Source: Candidatus Binataceae bacterium | GTDB lineage: Bacteria > Desulfobacterota > Binatia > Binatales > Binataceae | Reading direction: 5' to 3' | Assembly: GCA_035262365.1 (NCBI GenBank) | Contig: DATFSZ010000118.1 | Location: 16,374 to 40,373 of the forward strand | Length of the DNA stretch: 24,000 bases | Part shown: positions 23,000 to 24,000 of the stretch, piece after piece | Layout of the letters: each line of letters starts with the position of its first letter | How positions within the stretch are numbered: position 1 is the stretch's first letter | Translations under genes and position numbers: made by a program | Notes under the pieces: generated by a model | Told to the model about the DNA's origin: nothing | Seen by the model: the letters and a program-made list of their open reading frames with translations, nothing else | The model's database searches: none

Positions 23000-23789
23000 C
23001 CAGTTGATGAAGGTTGTGCACAGCTAAATCAGCGCTCGCTTCATCTTGAGGAGTGTACTCCACCCCTTCGGGCATCAACCATACGGTGCGCAGCCCGAGC
23101 CGCCTTGCCGGCACACAATCCTTCGCCAGCGAATCCCCGACCATCGCGGTCTCTTCGGGTCGCGCGTTCAGCCGGCCCAGCGCTGCTTGGTAAATCTTCG
23201 GGTCTGGTTTGAATGCGCCAACGCGCGATGAGTCGATGGCTGCGACGACGAACGTGGCTAAGCCCGCCTCTTTCAAAACCGGCTCCAGGTTGCCGTAAAA
23301 GTTGGACACCACGCCGATCGTGAAACGAGAAGCCAGCGCGCCGAGAATACGGCGGCTTTGCTCATAGCCGGCCGCGCTTTCGGCGCAAAAGCTGGCCGCG
23401 ATGGCTGGGGCGGAGTCGCGAATCGAAGGTGGGACACGCTTCGGCAAATGTTCGATCAGGTAATCGATTTGCCAGTTCACAAGTTCGTCAAGCAGCGGGC
23501 GCAGGCCATAGCCATAGATGCGTGCGCCGGCCCGATAGCCGCGACCAGTCGCATAAGCGAAGGCAGGGTCCAGTTCCTCGCGGTTCAGCTTAATGCCCGC
23601 TGCGCCGTAGTGGCGCAGGAAGCGGTCCAGCCAATGCGCCCCCGGACGGTCGAGCGTCCCGCCGAAATCGAACAGCAGCGTGGTGATTTGTTGCCAACCG
23701 GTTTCCAAAGACTTACGGCATTTTGATGCCGCCTTTCTGAAAATGAGCTTAAAATTTACGGATAAGGGGCGGCCGAAGCCAGCGTTCAC
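22974..23789 (-). CDS. HAD-IA family hydrolase with cap domain (atypical motif I)
   Basis: LLFDFGGTLD (motif I), IGVVSNF (II), AFKPDPKIY (III), MVGDSLAKD (IV). The ORF track start is GTG 23789, but the first 27 codons are A/T-ending and basic, unlike the rest of the gene. TTG 23708 (start LETGWQQITTLLFD) is a plausible true start. Confidence 0.8.
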   Translation of the reverse strand: MNAGFGRPLSVNFKLIFRKAASKCRKSLETGWQQITTLLFDFGGTLDRPGAHWLDRFLRHYGAAGIKLNREELDPAFAYATGRGYRAGARIYGYGLRPLLDELVNWQIDYLIEHLPKRVPPSIRDSAPAIAASFCAESAAGYEQSRRILGALASRFTIGVVSNFYGNLEPVLKEAGLATFVVAAIDSSRVGAFKPDPKIYQAALGRLNARPEETAMVGDSLAKDCVPARRLGLRTVWLMPEGVEYTPQDEASADLAVHNLHQLVEICLGVD

Positions 23790-24000
23790 TTTAAAACTCT
23801 TTTATGTTTAGGCTTGGCGGGCCCGGCGCAGCGCGAACGTCAACCAATGTGGAGAGCGGATCGAAGCCTGAAAATGATTGGATTCATAAGGGAAAATCTC
23901 GGGTGTATTGCTTTGCCTGACCGATTGGTTTAGTACATTCACTTTGAACTGACCGGAAAGTTAATAGCTTGGACCTTACTTCGACCAGTCAAGAAAATCC

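Noticed and set aside
23790-24000. Lower-GC 210-nt region upstream of the HAD gene with repeated CTGACCG (about 23918 and 23950)
   Set aside because: It is probably the promoter region of the five-gene operon, but I found no convincing -35/-10 pair, palindromic operator or RNA motif. The window ends here, so context is missing.

Overview
GC-rich bacterial chromosomal segment with 21 intact CDSs and one gene fragment; all but the first are on the minus strand. I saw no rRNA, tRNA, CRISPR array, transposase or integrase. The centre (5444-16876) is a hopanoid (hpn) biosynthesis supercluster in tightly packed minus-strand units: tetR-hpnH-ispA-(Zn-ADH) | shc-dxr | hpnC-hpnD-hpnE-hpnA. The left flank holds a partial amidohydrolase, an LLM oxidoreductase and a CruF/PF04240-like membrane protein. 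It also holds a secreted 572-aa beta-solenoid-type protein (about 21 tandem 17-residue repeats) ending in a phage tail-fibre type S74 intramolecular chaperone domain, followed by a frameshifted orphan copy of that 3' end. The right flank holds a Gfo/Idh/MocA oxidoreductase, a second LLM (F420-type) oxidoreductase and an uncharacterised five-gene operon (HAD, nucleotidyltransferase, ATP-grasp, class III aminotransferase, GmhB-like phosphatase). The best candidates for new biology are: (1) that five-gene operon, possibly a head-group or decoration pathway linked to bacteriohopanepolyols; (2) the Zn-dependent polyol-type dehydrogenase translationally coupled inside the hpnH-ispA unit, a candidate for the unassigned ribosylhopane-to-bacteriohopanetetrol reductase; (3) the non-phage tail-fibre-like surface protein with its displaced 3' cassette; (4) recurrent GA-rich inverted repeats in the operon spacers, one of which is a strand-specific terminator or attenuator between dxr and hpnC. 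All family calls come from motifs read by eye; no database search was possible. Taxon cannot be determined from this window.
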